Source: Octopus sinensis (lineage: Eukaryota). Taken from it: a stretch of 48,667 nt of DNA. The position numbers and the translations under genes were made by a program. Every line of letters begins with the position of its first letter. Position 1 is the first letter of the stretch. The stretch is from positions 1-48,667 of the forward strand of contig NW_021834468.1 in assembly GCF_006345805.1 (NCBI RefSeq). The letters are read 5' to 3'. Shown here in pieces: positions 1 through 12,199 of the stretch. The notes below the pieces were generated by a model. That model did not search any database, had not been told where the DNA came from, and saw nothing but the letters and a program-made list of their open reading frames with translations.

Positions 1-223
1 CGATGTTTCTCTTAATTTCAGCCATGATGGAAGTCTGATCCGAAAATTGGTTTTACTTTTGTTCCTGTGATACGTTAAAGAGTTTTGTTGAGTTCCTTGT
101 AAGACTTTAAAAAGTTGGCGCACTCGTTAGAGCGTTGGATGTAATACACGGCATTAGCTGTTCCTAGTCTGCTCCCGGTTCAAATGCCTTCGACATCGAT
201 AGAAAACTAGTAATCTAGGGCGA

Positions 224-488
224 GTGAAGACGTGTGGCTTAGTGGTTAGTGTATTCTGCTCACGATCGTGAAGTTGAGTTCGATTCCGGACGGTACGATG
301 TGTTCTTTAGCCAGCCACTTTATTTTACGCTGCTCCAGTCATCTGAACCGGTCAAAATGAGTTCTACCTGTAATTCAAAGTGCCAGCCTTGTCATATTCT
401 GTGTCACGTTGAATCTCCTGGAAAACTACGTTAAGGGTACGAGTGTCTGCGGAGTGCTCAGCCACTTTAACTTTAATTTCACAAGCAA
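224..488 (+). mobile_element. tRNA-derived CORE-like SINE (family A), diverged copy
   Basis: A-box-like TGGCTTAGTGG and B-box-like GTTCGATTCC; colinear with the 4056-4376 copy over ~260 bp. Confidence 0.8.
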
Positions 489-932
489 AAACTTGCATTT
501 TGTTCCTTTGCAAAAACAAAAAACAAAAAAATACTAACGAGAGGGAGGGAGATTCGTCAAGGGCCTTAGGGAGAATGCATAGCGGTGTTTGTTCCGTTCT
601 CTGTGCCCTATCTTCAAGTTCTGTAAACACCAGCTTCAAGTCTCTGGTATTTAAGTGGCTGAAAGATTTTTTGTCCCCATATACTTCATTGTTGTCTTCG
701 GAGATCTTCGGGTCTAAGCCATCAGGACTTTTATTCACAGTGAGTTTGAAATAATAGTACATTTCATGAGCGGGTCAGTTCGTATTTACATATTTAATGC
801 TCACAGCGTTAAAATGTTACCAAGAAATGAATGTGGTAAGAACAAAAATAATATTTGTGGATAACTATTACCATTTTCATTTTTCAGAACGTTCGAAATT
901 TGCTGGCATGTTTCGGTGTTATTCTGACTGCT

Positions 933-1070
933 GGCGAGCTGGCAGAAACGTTAGCACACCAGGCGAAATACTTAGCGGTATTTCGTCTGTCTTTACATTC
1001 TGAGTTAAAATACCGGCGAGGTCGACTCTGCCTTTCATCCTTTCGGGGTCGATAAATTAAGTACTGGGTC
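933..1070 (+). mobile_element. tRNA-derived SINE (family B), partial
   Basis: GGCGAGCTGGCAGAAACGTTAGC...GCCTTTCATCCTTTCGGGGTCGATAAATTAAGTAC, shared with many other copies in the window; the central block resembles the Meta-SINE domain (from memory). Confidence 0.85.
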
Positions 1071-2000
1071 GTCCTCTCCCTCTCACATTTCTTGGGCCTC
1101 TCTTTCTTTAACTCCCACTTTCCCCCCTCATTTATCTCCCCTGTACCTTTCCTTTTAACTCTGAATTTTTTTTCTAATCCTTCAATCCCGCTGCCCCCTA
1201 CCCCTCTCTCCTCCTTCCACATGACTTGTATCCGGCCCTCCATGATCTTTCTTTCTTGGCCTGGCTACCGACTGCCAACACCTCTTATGTCCATCTCCTA
1301 CGCTCCTGCCTTTAGGCTTTCACTTCATAACACGCCAGCTCAATTTGATTCGATCTCAGTCGAAAGACACCTGATGTTATTTTTTGTTGTTTGTATTTGT
1401 AATTGTGTACCATGTTCTCCTATTTTTGTCTTTGTTGTCGTACACATTCGCTAGCTTTCTTACAAAAAGTCTAATGCTCTTAGCATAGACTTTTTGGGGG
1501 GCAGCTAGATCGAACTGTCTTAAGTGTAACTTGCCTTACCTAATTGTTGTTTCTCCTGTTCGCCTTTGCATCGTCTATCTGTCCGAATGTTTTATTGTCC
1601 TCTATTGCGTTTCTGTTCCATTTCATATATATATACACACGCAGACACACGAGTTTCATTCTGTCGGCTTATTTATTTCACATAGACATTGCCGTAGCAG
1701 CAATTAAAATTTAATTACTCGTACAACATTCTCCGTGAATAAACGCCTCTATTACGTGAATTAACAAACACCTTGTTTGGTTCATATGTTTCTAATTCGC
1801 ATACTCACATACACACATGCATATGTACACATTCACACATGCACCTATACACATTCGCACATGAACATATATGACTATAAAACTAGCTGTGAAAATGTAT
1901 ATTATATTTCTGATAAATAACAGCATATTTTGTTCATGTGAATATAAATAATATATATATATATATAACCAAGAAAAAAGCAACAGGAATGGATTAGTAG

Positions 2001-2089
2001 TTTAGTACAATTGTTTCATACCGAGAATAATTTTATTTAAAACTGCAAGTATTGCAGCAAATACAAATGTCCAGTATTCAACAGCTAAA
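2001..2089 (-). ncRNA. Type I hammerhead ribozyme with mutated core (CUGUUGA), probably inactive
   Basis: Minus strand tttag-CTGTTGA-atac...gtat-GAA-ACAATTGT-A-ctaaa; A6>U relative to the 2414-2510 copy. Confidence 0.65.
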
Positions 2090-2413
2090 TCACATATATG
2101 TTTTCCAGACATCCTACAGAGTGTGTCTATCCTCATGAAGTATTAGGAGTGAGTTCTATGAAATTTAAAGTCAAATTATAAGCAGACCAAAATTGCTTTC
2201 TAATGATGCACAGTTTTATAAAAAGTTTTTAAAAAGAGTGTTAACATCCCAGAGAAGGTGAATCCATCCATAAAAGTGCAGATATAATTTCCGGAGACAT
2301 GAGGAAAGTTGTTGATCACACAGTGGTTCAATTTGACTTTAAATTTCATAGAACTCACTCCTAATACTTCATGAGGATAGACACACTCTCTAGGATGTCT
2401 GGAAAACATATAT

Positions 2414-2510
2414 GTAATTTAGCTGATGAATACTGGACATTTGTATTTGCTGCAATACTTGCAGCTTTAAATAAAATTGTTCTTGGTATGAAACAATTGT
2501 ACTAAACTAT
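2414..2510 (+). ncRNA. Type I hammerhead ribozyme
   Basis: Stem I tttag(2418-2422)/ctaaa(2502-2506); CTGATGA 2423-2429; stem II atac/gtat; GAA 2490-2492; palindromic stem III ACAATTGT; GUA triplet with cleavage after 2501. Confidence 0.8.
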
Positions 2511-2645
2511 TAATCCATTCTTGGTTATAATCACCCCACATTTTTTATGGTTGATACCATAAACAATTCTGCTGCATCTAAGTTAAGTGCCATATTCATT
2601 TGAATTCATTGGAATTCACTTGAATCATAATTGTTTTTGCTGACA

Positions 2646-2710
<65 letters not shown>

Positions 2711-2819
2711 TATATATTATATATATAAGCATATATAGGTACAGGACATGCATGTATATATTATTTATATTATTATTTAATTGAACGCCACGCACCCATT
2801 TCCAAGTAAGTTTATATAT

Positions 2820-2851
<32 letters not shown>

Positions 2852-3160
2852 ATAAAAGCAATTAAGATTCAAATCAATTCTAATGAATTTACTTGAATGC
2901 GGTACTTAACTTAGATGCACCAGAAAACTATATGGTGTTAACCATACAGTAATGTGGGGTGATTATAACGAGAAAGAAGCAACAAGAATGGATTAGTTTT
3001 TAGTACAATTGTTTCATACAAAGACAGGCTTTATTAAAAGTTGCAAATATTGAATACGGGACACTTTTATCTGCTGCAATATTTGCAACTTTTAATAAAG
3101 CCTGTCTTTGTATGAAACAATTGTACTAAAAACTAATCCATTCTTGTTGCTTCTTTCTCG

Positions 3161-3161
<1 letters not shown>
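2852..3161. mobile_element. Second inverted insertion of family 2 (3' half of the hammerhead only)
   Basis: 2852-3052 is the diverged reverse complement of ~2450-2625; ~2969-3052 and ~3077-3160 form a perfect ~84-bp inverted repeat containing GTATGAAACAATTGTACTAAA; (TA)n flanks. Confidence 0.75.
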
Positions 3162-3192
<31 letters not shown>

Positions 3193-3440
3193 TGTGTGTG
3201 TGTGTGTGTGTAAACATATATACATGTGTGTGTAAACTAAGTAATATCGACGTCAAATTTGGGCAAATTCCGTTGAAATTGGTTATATTATATTAATATA
3301 TTATATATATAATATAATATAAATATATATGGGCAACAGACACGAACACATATGTACGTACGTACACCTATTGCATGTTTTGTGCATGCATACATGTTCA
3401 TAAACAGAAATGAATGGAAAAATGTTGTTAAATTTGTAGA

Positions 3441-3560
3441 TTAACACTCGCAAGATTTTCACTAAGAAAAATAATCGTTTTTTTGCGTGGAATCAATTAC
3501 TCTGGATCTTAATATGCTACAAAACCATTTTTGTGGTCCGTGAAACGGAGTGGGCGTGGT
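3441..3560 (+). repeat. Unclassified dispersed repeat, copy 1
   Basis: TTAACACTCGCAAGATTTTCACT...TTTTGCGTGGAATCAA recurs, diverged, at 4629-4745. Confidence 0.6.
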
Positions 3561-3798
3561 GGAAGCCTCAGAAAGTGTACCCATTTATATTGTGCAATTC
3601 ACTGACAAATTGCTACTCACCATTATGTTTCTTTGTTGTCAGATAAATGGATTGTCAACAAAACACTTTTTTACTCGGCGTAAAATAAAAACAAAATTCT
3701 TTCGCACCCGAAGTAATGTGTGTGTGAGAGAGAGGGGGAGAAAGATGAAAGATTTAAAATAAATATATTGTAATTGTTGTGTGAGAAAGCATATATGC

Positions 3799-3920
3799 TT
3801 TTGGGGAAAATTTTTATAAAATTTTTTCGAAAATTTTTGGGGAAAATTTTCAAAAATTTTTCAAAAATTCTTCGGGAAAGTTTTCAAAAAGTTTATCAAA
3901 AACTTTTGGGGAGGAAATTT
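3799..3920. repeat. ~35-bp degenerate minisatellite, about 3.5 units
   Basis: TTTTGGGGAAAA-like motif at ~3799, 3835, 3870, 3904. Confidence 0.6.
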
Positions 3921-4055
3921 TGTACTTTAGAAGTTATTTCGTCTCAAGTTACAGAGTGACAATGGACAAAATCGTGTTTGATAAGTGCCAATACACGAAA
4001 CTCTCAGTTTTTGACTTACTCTCTAATTTCTTCCGATGATATATATATACATATT

Positions 4056-4376
4056 GTGAGGGCGCGTGGCTTAGTGGTTAGGGCATTCGGCTCATGATCG
4101 TAAGGTTGTGAGTTCGATTCCCGGCGACGCGTTGTGTCCTTGAGCAAGACACTTTATTTCACGTTGCTCCAGTCCACTCAGCTGGGTAAAATGAGTTGTA
4201 CTTGTATTTCAAAGGGTCAGCCTTGTCACTCTCTGTGTCACGCTGATTATCCTCGAGAACTACGTTAAGGGTACACGTGTCTGTGGAATGCTCAGCCATT
4301 TGCACGTTAATTTCACGAGCAAGCTGTTCCGTTGATCGTATCAGCTGGGACCCTCGTCGTAGTAACCGGCGGAGTC
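4056..4376 (+). mobile_element. tRNA-derived CORE-like SINE (family A), near full length
   Basis: tRNA-like head GGCGCGTGGCTTAGTGGTTAGGGC...GTTCGATTCCCGG followed by CORE-like GTGTCCTTGAGCAAGACACTTT...CAGCTGGGTAAAATGAG. Confidence 0.85.
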
Positions 4377-4628
4377 TTTAGAATATACATATTACATACA
4401 TGTGTAAAAAAATCTTATCACGCAATCGAACCAATGAAATAGCCTCTACCTGGTTCCTCCACACGTTAAAAATAGCAGCCAAAGTAGCCCCCTACCTAAG
4501 TCACACGCCCATTGTATGTAATGTCTTATATTATCTCTAAAAAGACGGTTTGCTGAAGGCTGGAATGTCTTTGATGATACATTTTCAGTATCAGGGTTGA
4601 TTTGAGGCTAAATAACAACATTTCTATA

Positions 4629-4745
4629 TTAACACCCGCACGATTTTCACTTAGAAAAAAAAAGATTTTTTGCGTGGAATCAAGACCTTGACCTCCTAAT
4701 GTGCTGCAAATCCCTTATTTTGGTTCGGAAAAAATTAGGTGGGGT
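4629..4745 (+). repeat. Unclassified dispersed repeat, copy 2
   Basis: Similar to 3441-3560. Confidence 0.55.
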
Positions 4746-5097
4746 TCACCCTCCTAATCCCGGAATCGATGGAAATAGTTTTTCGTTGAATGAGTTCCTG
4801 TCACCTCCCAACATTGCAAAATTAGGTTACTTAAAGTGAGCCTGGTAACTGATGGTTTTGGGATCTTGTTGTTTGTAATTTTTGGTGATCCATGGTGCAA
4901 CGAACAACATGGTAAAAATCCCTGCCATAAATTTGGTGTAGATGGGAAATATCAAATAATTCAATCACAACATATATTTAAATTCAACATGGATAAATTG
5001 AAATATTATTTTTCAGTATTTTATAATGTAAAATCTTAAATTATTGACACATTATTACTTATCTTATAACAGCAATGTCTGGAAAAATCATGGATTG

Positions 5098-5600
5098 CAT
5101 GGAAAAATGCAAGCATGAAAAATAAGATTCTTAAGATTATAAACCCGGAAAAGTACAGGACAAGTTATTATACCTGTAAGAGAATAGGACAAGCTATTAC
5201 TTCAAGTAAAGAATAAGAAACTTTTTACTAAAAATATTGCAGCTAAAATTAAAATTTGAATATTAAAAATCATTTTATTATAGTTTTCAGATAACACTAT
5301 ACATATTTAAGTACAATTTGGCAACTTTACTACTTTAAATACAGAAAATAGTGACTAATTAGAAAAACTTGCAAATTAGCTGAACAGTTTTGCGCAATAA
5401 AAGATGAGAACTCTAAAGAGTGATAAATTAGAAGAAGTGGCATTCTTTGGTGCAATATTTTAAGTAAAAACTTTCTTATTCTTTATTTTACTTGAAGTAC
5501 TAGTTTGTCCTATACGTTTACAGGTGTCATAACTTGTCCCGTACGTTTCCAGGTTTATAATCTTAAGAATATTACTTTTCATGCTTGCTTTTTTACCATG
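5098..5600. repeat. Diverged ~145-bp inverted repeat (foldback/MITE-like)
   Basis: CATGGAAAAATGCAAGCATGAAAA...AATATTGCA (5098-5241) versus TGCAATATT...TTTTCATGCTTGCTTTTTTACCATG (5451-5600). Confidence 0.7.
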
Positions 5601-5692
5601 TATATATATATATATATATATATAAATACATGACAGTACATGAAGTTTGTTTAAAAAAAAGGGATCATGTATATACCTCCTGGCTGTTGAGA

Positions 5693-8582
5693 TTATAACA
5701 CCTCGTTGTAAATAATGTTCTTTGTTTTTCCTTGTGGAGCATATATAAAAAGGTTTCTTTTGGTTCCTACTCTTGAGCAGCCAACATACAGTTGTCCATG
5801 CGAGAAGCAGGGCTCTTCCAAGAGAAGACCAGCTACAGAGAGGGTTTGACCCTGAGATTTGTTAATGGACATGGCAGAGCTGACACGAAGGGGGAATTGC
5901 AGTCTTCTGAATGTAAATGGAATTTCTGCTCCTGATGGAGTAAGAGGAATTCTTGGAATAAAGACGTCATCACCTTTTCCACATCCAGAAAGAATGATCG
6001 CCTCGATAACGTGCGACATCATTTTCTTTATCACCAGTCGTGTTCCATTGCAAAGTCTTGGTGATCCAGATTGCGGAGTAGCATTACAGGAGTTCCAACT
6101 TTAAGTGCTAATATGTGTGGAGGTAGTCCAGGAGGCTCCAGTGAATTGAGAAATTCAGGAGGATAGTTCACAACTTCATTTATATCTGGAATTGTATCAA
6201 CAGACTTGTAAGTGTGTATAGTGCCGGGAAGAGAATGCATTAGCTGTTGATTAATTTTGTTAACAGCGACGTTTTTTGGAGCTAATATTGCTCTTTCACA
6301 CAGCCAATTGTGATTTTGGTAGTTTTGTGTGAAGTTGGGATATTTTCGTTTTTGAGGTCATCTACAGAATTAACAACAGTGGAAAATGACCACACTCCCA
6401 TTTGTCCTGCAGCATCGCGAGGCATCGCCTGCACCTAGTGTCAAAATGTCCTGTGCAAACTTTGTGGACATTTTGTCGCCGTGTAGCTGAGCTCTCATGT
6501 TAGTGGTGAGACTGAGGATTCTAACATGATTCCACAGGGTAGAGGACTTTAGGCATGCTTGGACTTCATCTGCTCTAGTGCCTTTTGGAATGACAGGAAG
6601 AGTTTGCCTGAAATCATCTGACAACAGAAGCGTTACACCTCCCACTGGAGCCTGACAGTTTCGGATATCTTTCAGGGCTCTATCTAATGCTTCCAAAGCT
6701 CCCTTGTGAGCCATAGTGCACTCATCTCAGACAATTAGATGACACATTTTAAGTACTTGTCCCTGATCTGAGCTTTTGTTGATGTTGCATGAAGGCATTT
6801 CGGATGCTGCTACATTGAGAGGGAGTTTTAAAGTTGAGTGTGCTGTCCTGCCACCGGGTAACAAAGTAGCTGCAATGCCAGAGGAGGCTTCAGCCACTGC
6901 AATGTCCTGATGCTGCCTAACTTCTGCAAGGAGAAGCTTTGTAATAAATGTTTTTCCTGTCTCTCCAGGAGCATCGAGGAAGAAGATTCGTCCCTCGCGT
7001 TGGCGTACACTGTTAAGAATAGTTCTGTAGGCCTGTAGCTGGTCCGGAAGTAATTTAGGCTCATTTTCAACAATGTACTTTGAAAGCGCTTGAGTGTCGT
7101 AGGTTGTTTCACGAATGACAGCAGTGGGAAGGCTATTTGACTCTGACCTGAATGTTTGTGGCAGGTCATACGTCGACAATTCATTTCCACCCAGTTTAGC
7201 AATTCTGTCTTCAATGTCAATGAGTGTTTTGTTATATATTTCATTGCTGATACCCTCCATGTCAGCAGTTGAGCTTGGCGCTGAAAGCCTTCAGCCAGGT
7301 TGTCTCTATATTTGAACCATAGAGTGGTCGGATCACACAGTTCGCATGCCTGTAGTAATACTGCAAATAGTGCCCTGAGACTTTTAGGTGATTATGATAA
7401 AGCAGCCTCTCCTAAAGTTGCATCCCATTGTGCACCATCTTCTAACAGACCTTGTCGATAGCAGGCTTCTCTGTATGTTGTGCAGACATGTCCATGAACG
7501 GTTTTTAGGGCCTGGAAAGACGTCGGCCCTCTGACCTCATGCAGTAGTAGACAAAGGTAGAAGCACTGTTGTTGAGTGGGATGCACTATGTATATTCGCC
7601 CAAGGCAAGTGTGAAACTTAATGCCAGGGTATCCATGAACATTTTGACCTGCTTTCCGTGGTGCCCATTTTTTTCCATTCCAAGTGTAGTACGATGAAAT
7701 CTGTGGATACAGCAAAGTTCTTTTTTGAGCGAATGGATCCACTTGACAAAGCTTGAAGAATGCAGTGAGTGTGCTATCCCTTGGTTCCTCTGCCAACAGA
7801 GAAGCATTAGCATCGGTGAAGTACACTCTTTGACCATTTTCCAGGTGCACTGCAAGCTGTTGAATGGCGGGGTGTCGTTGGTGAATTGGAAAGCCAAAGA
7901 TGCGCCAGAAAACCTCGTTGCTACTTATGTACCGTCCCACCTGATAATGCGTCACCTCATCCTGGCAGTATTCTTGTTGAAGTCCAAACATTGCAGCGTC
8001 AGAACCCTTGTTTACATATTTGCAAACGTACTTGACGGATTTAACGGAATTGCAAAACTCAACGTTGATGTAGGCATTGAAAGTCTTTGACAGGAATGGG
8101 CAGTATGGAACAATCCATCTATTATCAATATCGTGCTGTCCGATAGTTGCTGTGAAACCTCCGTCTTCTGGTTTTCTGCGTCTGTATGATGGATACCCAT
8201 CAGCATCTGTCTGAGTTTCTTGTAGGAACCTCCTGGGAAATATTTTTGAACATATGCTGTCCTTCAAGCATGGTGAGTTTATGTTGAATCCACACCCACA
8301 TGGACCATGAACCATGTTTGCTTTAACTATTTCGTATAGTTCTTTGTCTAAAGCTGGATCAGGAAGCTCTGCAGAGATTATGATGTCGATGTCATTGGAA
8401 TTTATCTTCGCTGAGAGCCAAAGCTGAACATGAGCATGTGGAAGGCCCCTTTTTTTCCACTCGATTGTGTACATGTCACATTGTATGGGCCCAAAGACTT
8501 GCCCTTTTTGTATGAGCGCCATGAGAGAGATTAACTTGAGATGGAAAACTCGGGCGTTGAGATTCCGGTTCGAATGTAAGGC
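5693..8582 (-). pseudogene. Helitron Rep/Pif1-type helicase (RepHel), disrupted by stops and frameshifts, N-terminus missing
   Basis: HUH motif YTIEWKKRGLPHAH, Y2 motif KYVCKYVNKG, Walker A DAPGETGKT, ASSGIAATLLPGGRTAHS, DFRQTLPV, RRLQFPLRV, SINKSQGQTL, FSHGQLYVGCSRV, spread over five ORF pieces. Confidence 0.95.
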
Positions 8583-8689
8583 AGGTTTGAAAGTGTTCTC
8601 AACAGTTATTAGTTGTAGTGGTAGAGTGTTTATGCCGAATATGTACGTATGCATGTATATATATGTATGTATGCCTGTATATATGTACA

Positions 8690-8822
8690 AAATCCACTGA
8701 GAAGGCTTTTGTTGGTCTGAGGCTACAGCAGAAGACACATGCCAAGTCACCACACAGTGGGACTGAACCCAGGACTATGTGTTTGGAACGTAGTTTGTTA
8801 CCACACAGCCACACCTGCCCCT
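8690..8822 (-). mobile_element. tRNA/CORE-like SINE (family C), head fragment
   Basis: Reverse complement of GCAGGTGTGGCTGTGTGGTAA...GGTTCAGTCCCACTGTGTGG; matches the 22125-22538 and 43947-44260 copies. Confidence 0.75.
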
Positions 8823-9689
8823 ATGTATGTGTGAGTGTGCGTGCGTATGTGTGTATGGGTAGATATATTATGCATGCATATATGTGTATATATATGTGTA
8901 CATATTACATGTACATCTATATATATACATCTACACATAAAATACAAAATACAAAGTTATATCTTGATATCGCTAGTGATAACAATACTCAAAATATTTA
9001 ACAGACTAGAATTGTAGGCCCGTCTCTTGCAATTTTGATCAATTGGATCTTGTCCTCCCTCTTGTATAGAAGTGTACGGCTGCAGCAAAATTCATTTTTG
9101 GACTTTCTTCTATTGAAGGCATTTTAACAAAAATGCTTCCGTAAAGACGTTGAAAATATTGTCAATTTCCCCAAACAGGGACACAATTCAATTTTTAAAC
9201 AATAACGAAAGACCCTTCTCTGAAAGGGGGAGGGTTACGGTTTACAATTATTTTACAAATGCAATACAACAAAGTTTACCTGACGAGGAACCAACAAACG
9301 TGATTACAATAGTCAAACAGTAATAATAATAACAACAAAACTTTTTAATTTATCCCCATTTATGTGAAACCACTTATTCAAGTTCAAGTCATTGATGCAA
9401 TTTTATACGAATTGCTAATACACATAATAAGGGTGAAAATTTGAATATTAATTTGATTAATATGAATTGAAAACTAGTGGTGTAACATATATGACCATAG
9501 CGGATCTTCTTCTAGCAAAATGGATGACCATTGTTAATGGTTCATCCCTGTTATATAATACTTTCACTTTAATAGTGAAAGTGTCTGCATTACAAAAGAG
9601 AGATGTTTTTGTTTCACTTTTAACACGTAATACTGAAATAGTGGAGAAGATATGATATTGCTGTGGGGTCGCCATAGGGAAAAAGTTAA

Positions 9690-9815
9690 GATATTTTTGC
9701 CGATGACACTCCCCGGACCTAGAGTAAGGTATGTGTAAAATTTGAATGAAATTGGTTGTGTAGTTCTCAAGTTTTAGGGAAACACACAAACAGACAGACA
9801 GACACACGTTCTCAG

Positions 9816-9840
<25 letters not shown>
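9690..9840 (-). mobile_element. Probable Helitron 5' subterminal region
   Basis: Minus strand (TA)n-ACTGAGAACGTGTGTCTGTCTGTCTG...CAACCAATTTCATTCAAATTTTACAC resembles typical Helitron 5' ends; same strand as, and upstream of, the RepHel remnant. Confidence 0.5.
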
Positions 9841-9850
<10 letters not shown>

Positions 9851-9911
9851 AAATGAAATGATATCAACAACAAGAGCAACTGCAACAACAATAATATTAA
9901 TAATATTAATA

Positions 9912-10288
9912 AACAAACAAGAACAGACAAACGGATTCAGTCGATTAAATCGACCCCAATGCGCAACTTGTACTTATTTAATCGACACCGAAAGGATGAA
10001 AAGCAAAGTCGATCTCGGCGAAATTTGAACTCAGAACGTAACGACAGACCAAATACCTATTTCTTTACTACCCACAAGGGGCTAAACACAGAGGGGACAA
10101 ACAAGGACAGACAAACGGATTAAGTCGATTACATCGACCTCAGTGTGTAACTGGTACTTATTTAATCGACCCCCAAAGGATGAAAGGAAAAGTCGACCTC
10201 GGCGGAATTTGAACTCAGAACGTAGCGGCAGACGAAATACTGCTTAGCATTTCGTCCGGCATGCTAACGTTTCTGCCAACTCACCGCC
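9912..10288 (-). mobile_element. Family B SINE, dimeric (full unit plus internal restart)
   Basis: Two tandem blocks of TTCTGAGTTCAAATT..GCCGAG..TTTCATCCTTT..GTCGATTAAATAAGTAC on the minus strand. Confidence 0.9.
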
Positions 10289-10339
10289 TTTGTAATAACT
10301 ACAATGCCAATTGTTTTGTCTCAAGATATTCACGGGCAA

Positions 10340-10767
10340 GGCAGTGAGCTGGCAGAAACGTTAGCACGCCGGGCGAAATGCTTAGCAGTATTTCGTCTGT
10401 CGCTACGTTCTGAGTTCAAATTCCGCCGAGGTCGAATTTGCCTTTCATCCTTTCGGGGTCGATTAAATAAGTACCAGTTACGCACTGGGTCGATATAATC
10501 GACTTAATTCGTTTGATTGTCCTTGTTTGTCCTCTCTGTGTGTAGCCCCTTGTGGGCAGTAAAGAAATAAGAAACTTTAGCACGCCGGGCGAAATGCTTA
10601 GCGATATTTCGTCTGTTTTTAATTTCTGAGTTCAAATTCCACCGAGGTCGATTTTACCTTTTATCCTTTCAGGGTCAATAAATTAAGTATCAATTGCGTA
10701 CTGGGGTCGATTTAATCATCTGGCCTCCTCCCGCCAAATTTCGGGCCTTGTGCCTAGAGTAGAAAAG
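10340..10767 (+). mobile_element. Family B SINE, dimeric
   Basis: Full unit 10340-10570 followed by a second unit ending GGCCTTGTGCCTAGAGTAGAAAAG. Confidence 0.9.
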
Positions 10768-11820
10768 TTATTCACGTGCGTGTTTGCGTAAGCGTTTTTG
10801 TGTGACCTCTGTTCGTAGTTTGAGTGAGATTATGTGCGCATGCTTCTGTGTTTGCTGTTAATATTACGTGTATCTGTGTCTGTATCTACCTTGAATGTGT
10901 GTGTGTGTGTGTGTGAATGTTTTGGGGCATGTATTTGTATTTATGTCTGTATGTTAATGTATGTGTGTTAATGTATTTGAATGTGTGTGTGTGTGTATGT
11001 GTTTGTGCGTGTGTGTATATGTGAATGTATTTGTCTTTTTGTGTGTGTGTATGCGTGCATGTACTTTTGAGTGTGTGTGCGTATTTTGAGTGTGTTTGTG
11101 AATGTATAGAGGGATGCATTCGTATATGCGTGTGTTCGTGTGATACCAGCATCTGTGTAGACGTTTGAATCGTAGAAAACTTCTTAGAGAAAGTTTTACT
11201 TCACAAACTCAACAAATTAGAAAAAAAAAAACACATACTTCATTTTAATAAACCACATATTTGAATTTTACTTCTAACACTCATTTCCATCATTCATTCT
11301 ACCTGAATTTTTTCTCTCTTTGCCTAGTTCTCTCTCCCACACCCCTCTCTCTCTCCCTTCGTCTTTCTAACGCTCTCTCACCTTGTCTTTATTTTCTTTT
11401 TCATATTTTCATTTATAATGTTAAGATTTTTCTTTCCTCTCCTAGGTTTTGGCACCGAAACGCTTCTTTCAAGAGTCTTACTTAACATTTTGGTATTGCT
11501 TTAGTATACACTGTTTATTATTATATTTATCTGATATTATTTTCTTTTTTCTTTTTCCGTTTTCTTCCTTTACATATCTCTGGTCTTAGAGAAAGATTTT
11601 AAAACTTTCTTGTGCTTGTTGTAGTTATTGTGTGTTCTTCTCTTTTCAACCGAAAACGAAGAAAATATAGCACATGATAGGACATAAATATATATATATA
11701 TATATATATACAAAACTGTGAGCGTGTGTCTATGTATGAGTGTATGCTCCGCGTGTATCTCGGCTTTGGCGTATATCTATTTATTTTTTCTGTCTCTGTC
11801 TCTCTATCTAACTATATTTT

Positions 11821-11965
<145 letters not shown>

Positions 11966-12199
11966 TATTTCCTCAAATATTTACAATATATTCATATACT
12001 TATACTATGATTACTTTGTCCTGTAGTAACCTCGTGAGGAAGTCAGGAAAGGTAAGTTCGATACCATTAATATTCCACTCGAACAATTACCGACAATACC
12101 TGCATAGAATCAGGAGGGCTGAATTTTAGGGCAGGAAGGACTAGGAAAGTTGATCGATGCTGAATTTATGCGATAGAATATAGATGTTTGTTTCTTTTC

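Larger units (their letters stand above)
1967..2625. mobile_element. Head-to-head inverted hammerhead-containing element (Penelope-pLTR/retrozyme-like, family 2)
   Basis: Arm ~1967-2178 is the near reverse complement of ~2328-2527; each arm carries a hammerhead motif; flanked by (TA)n. Confidence 0.75.

Noticed and set aside
4061-4135. tRNA gene (also 31940-32002)
   Set aside because: A/B boxes are present but there is no complete cloverleaf, and the sequence continues into a SINE body
8583-8753. N-terminus of the 453-aa ORF as the Helitron start
   Set aside because: Derived from SINE and microsatellite sequence; Helitron similarity starts only near 8582
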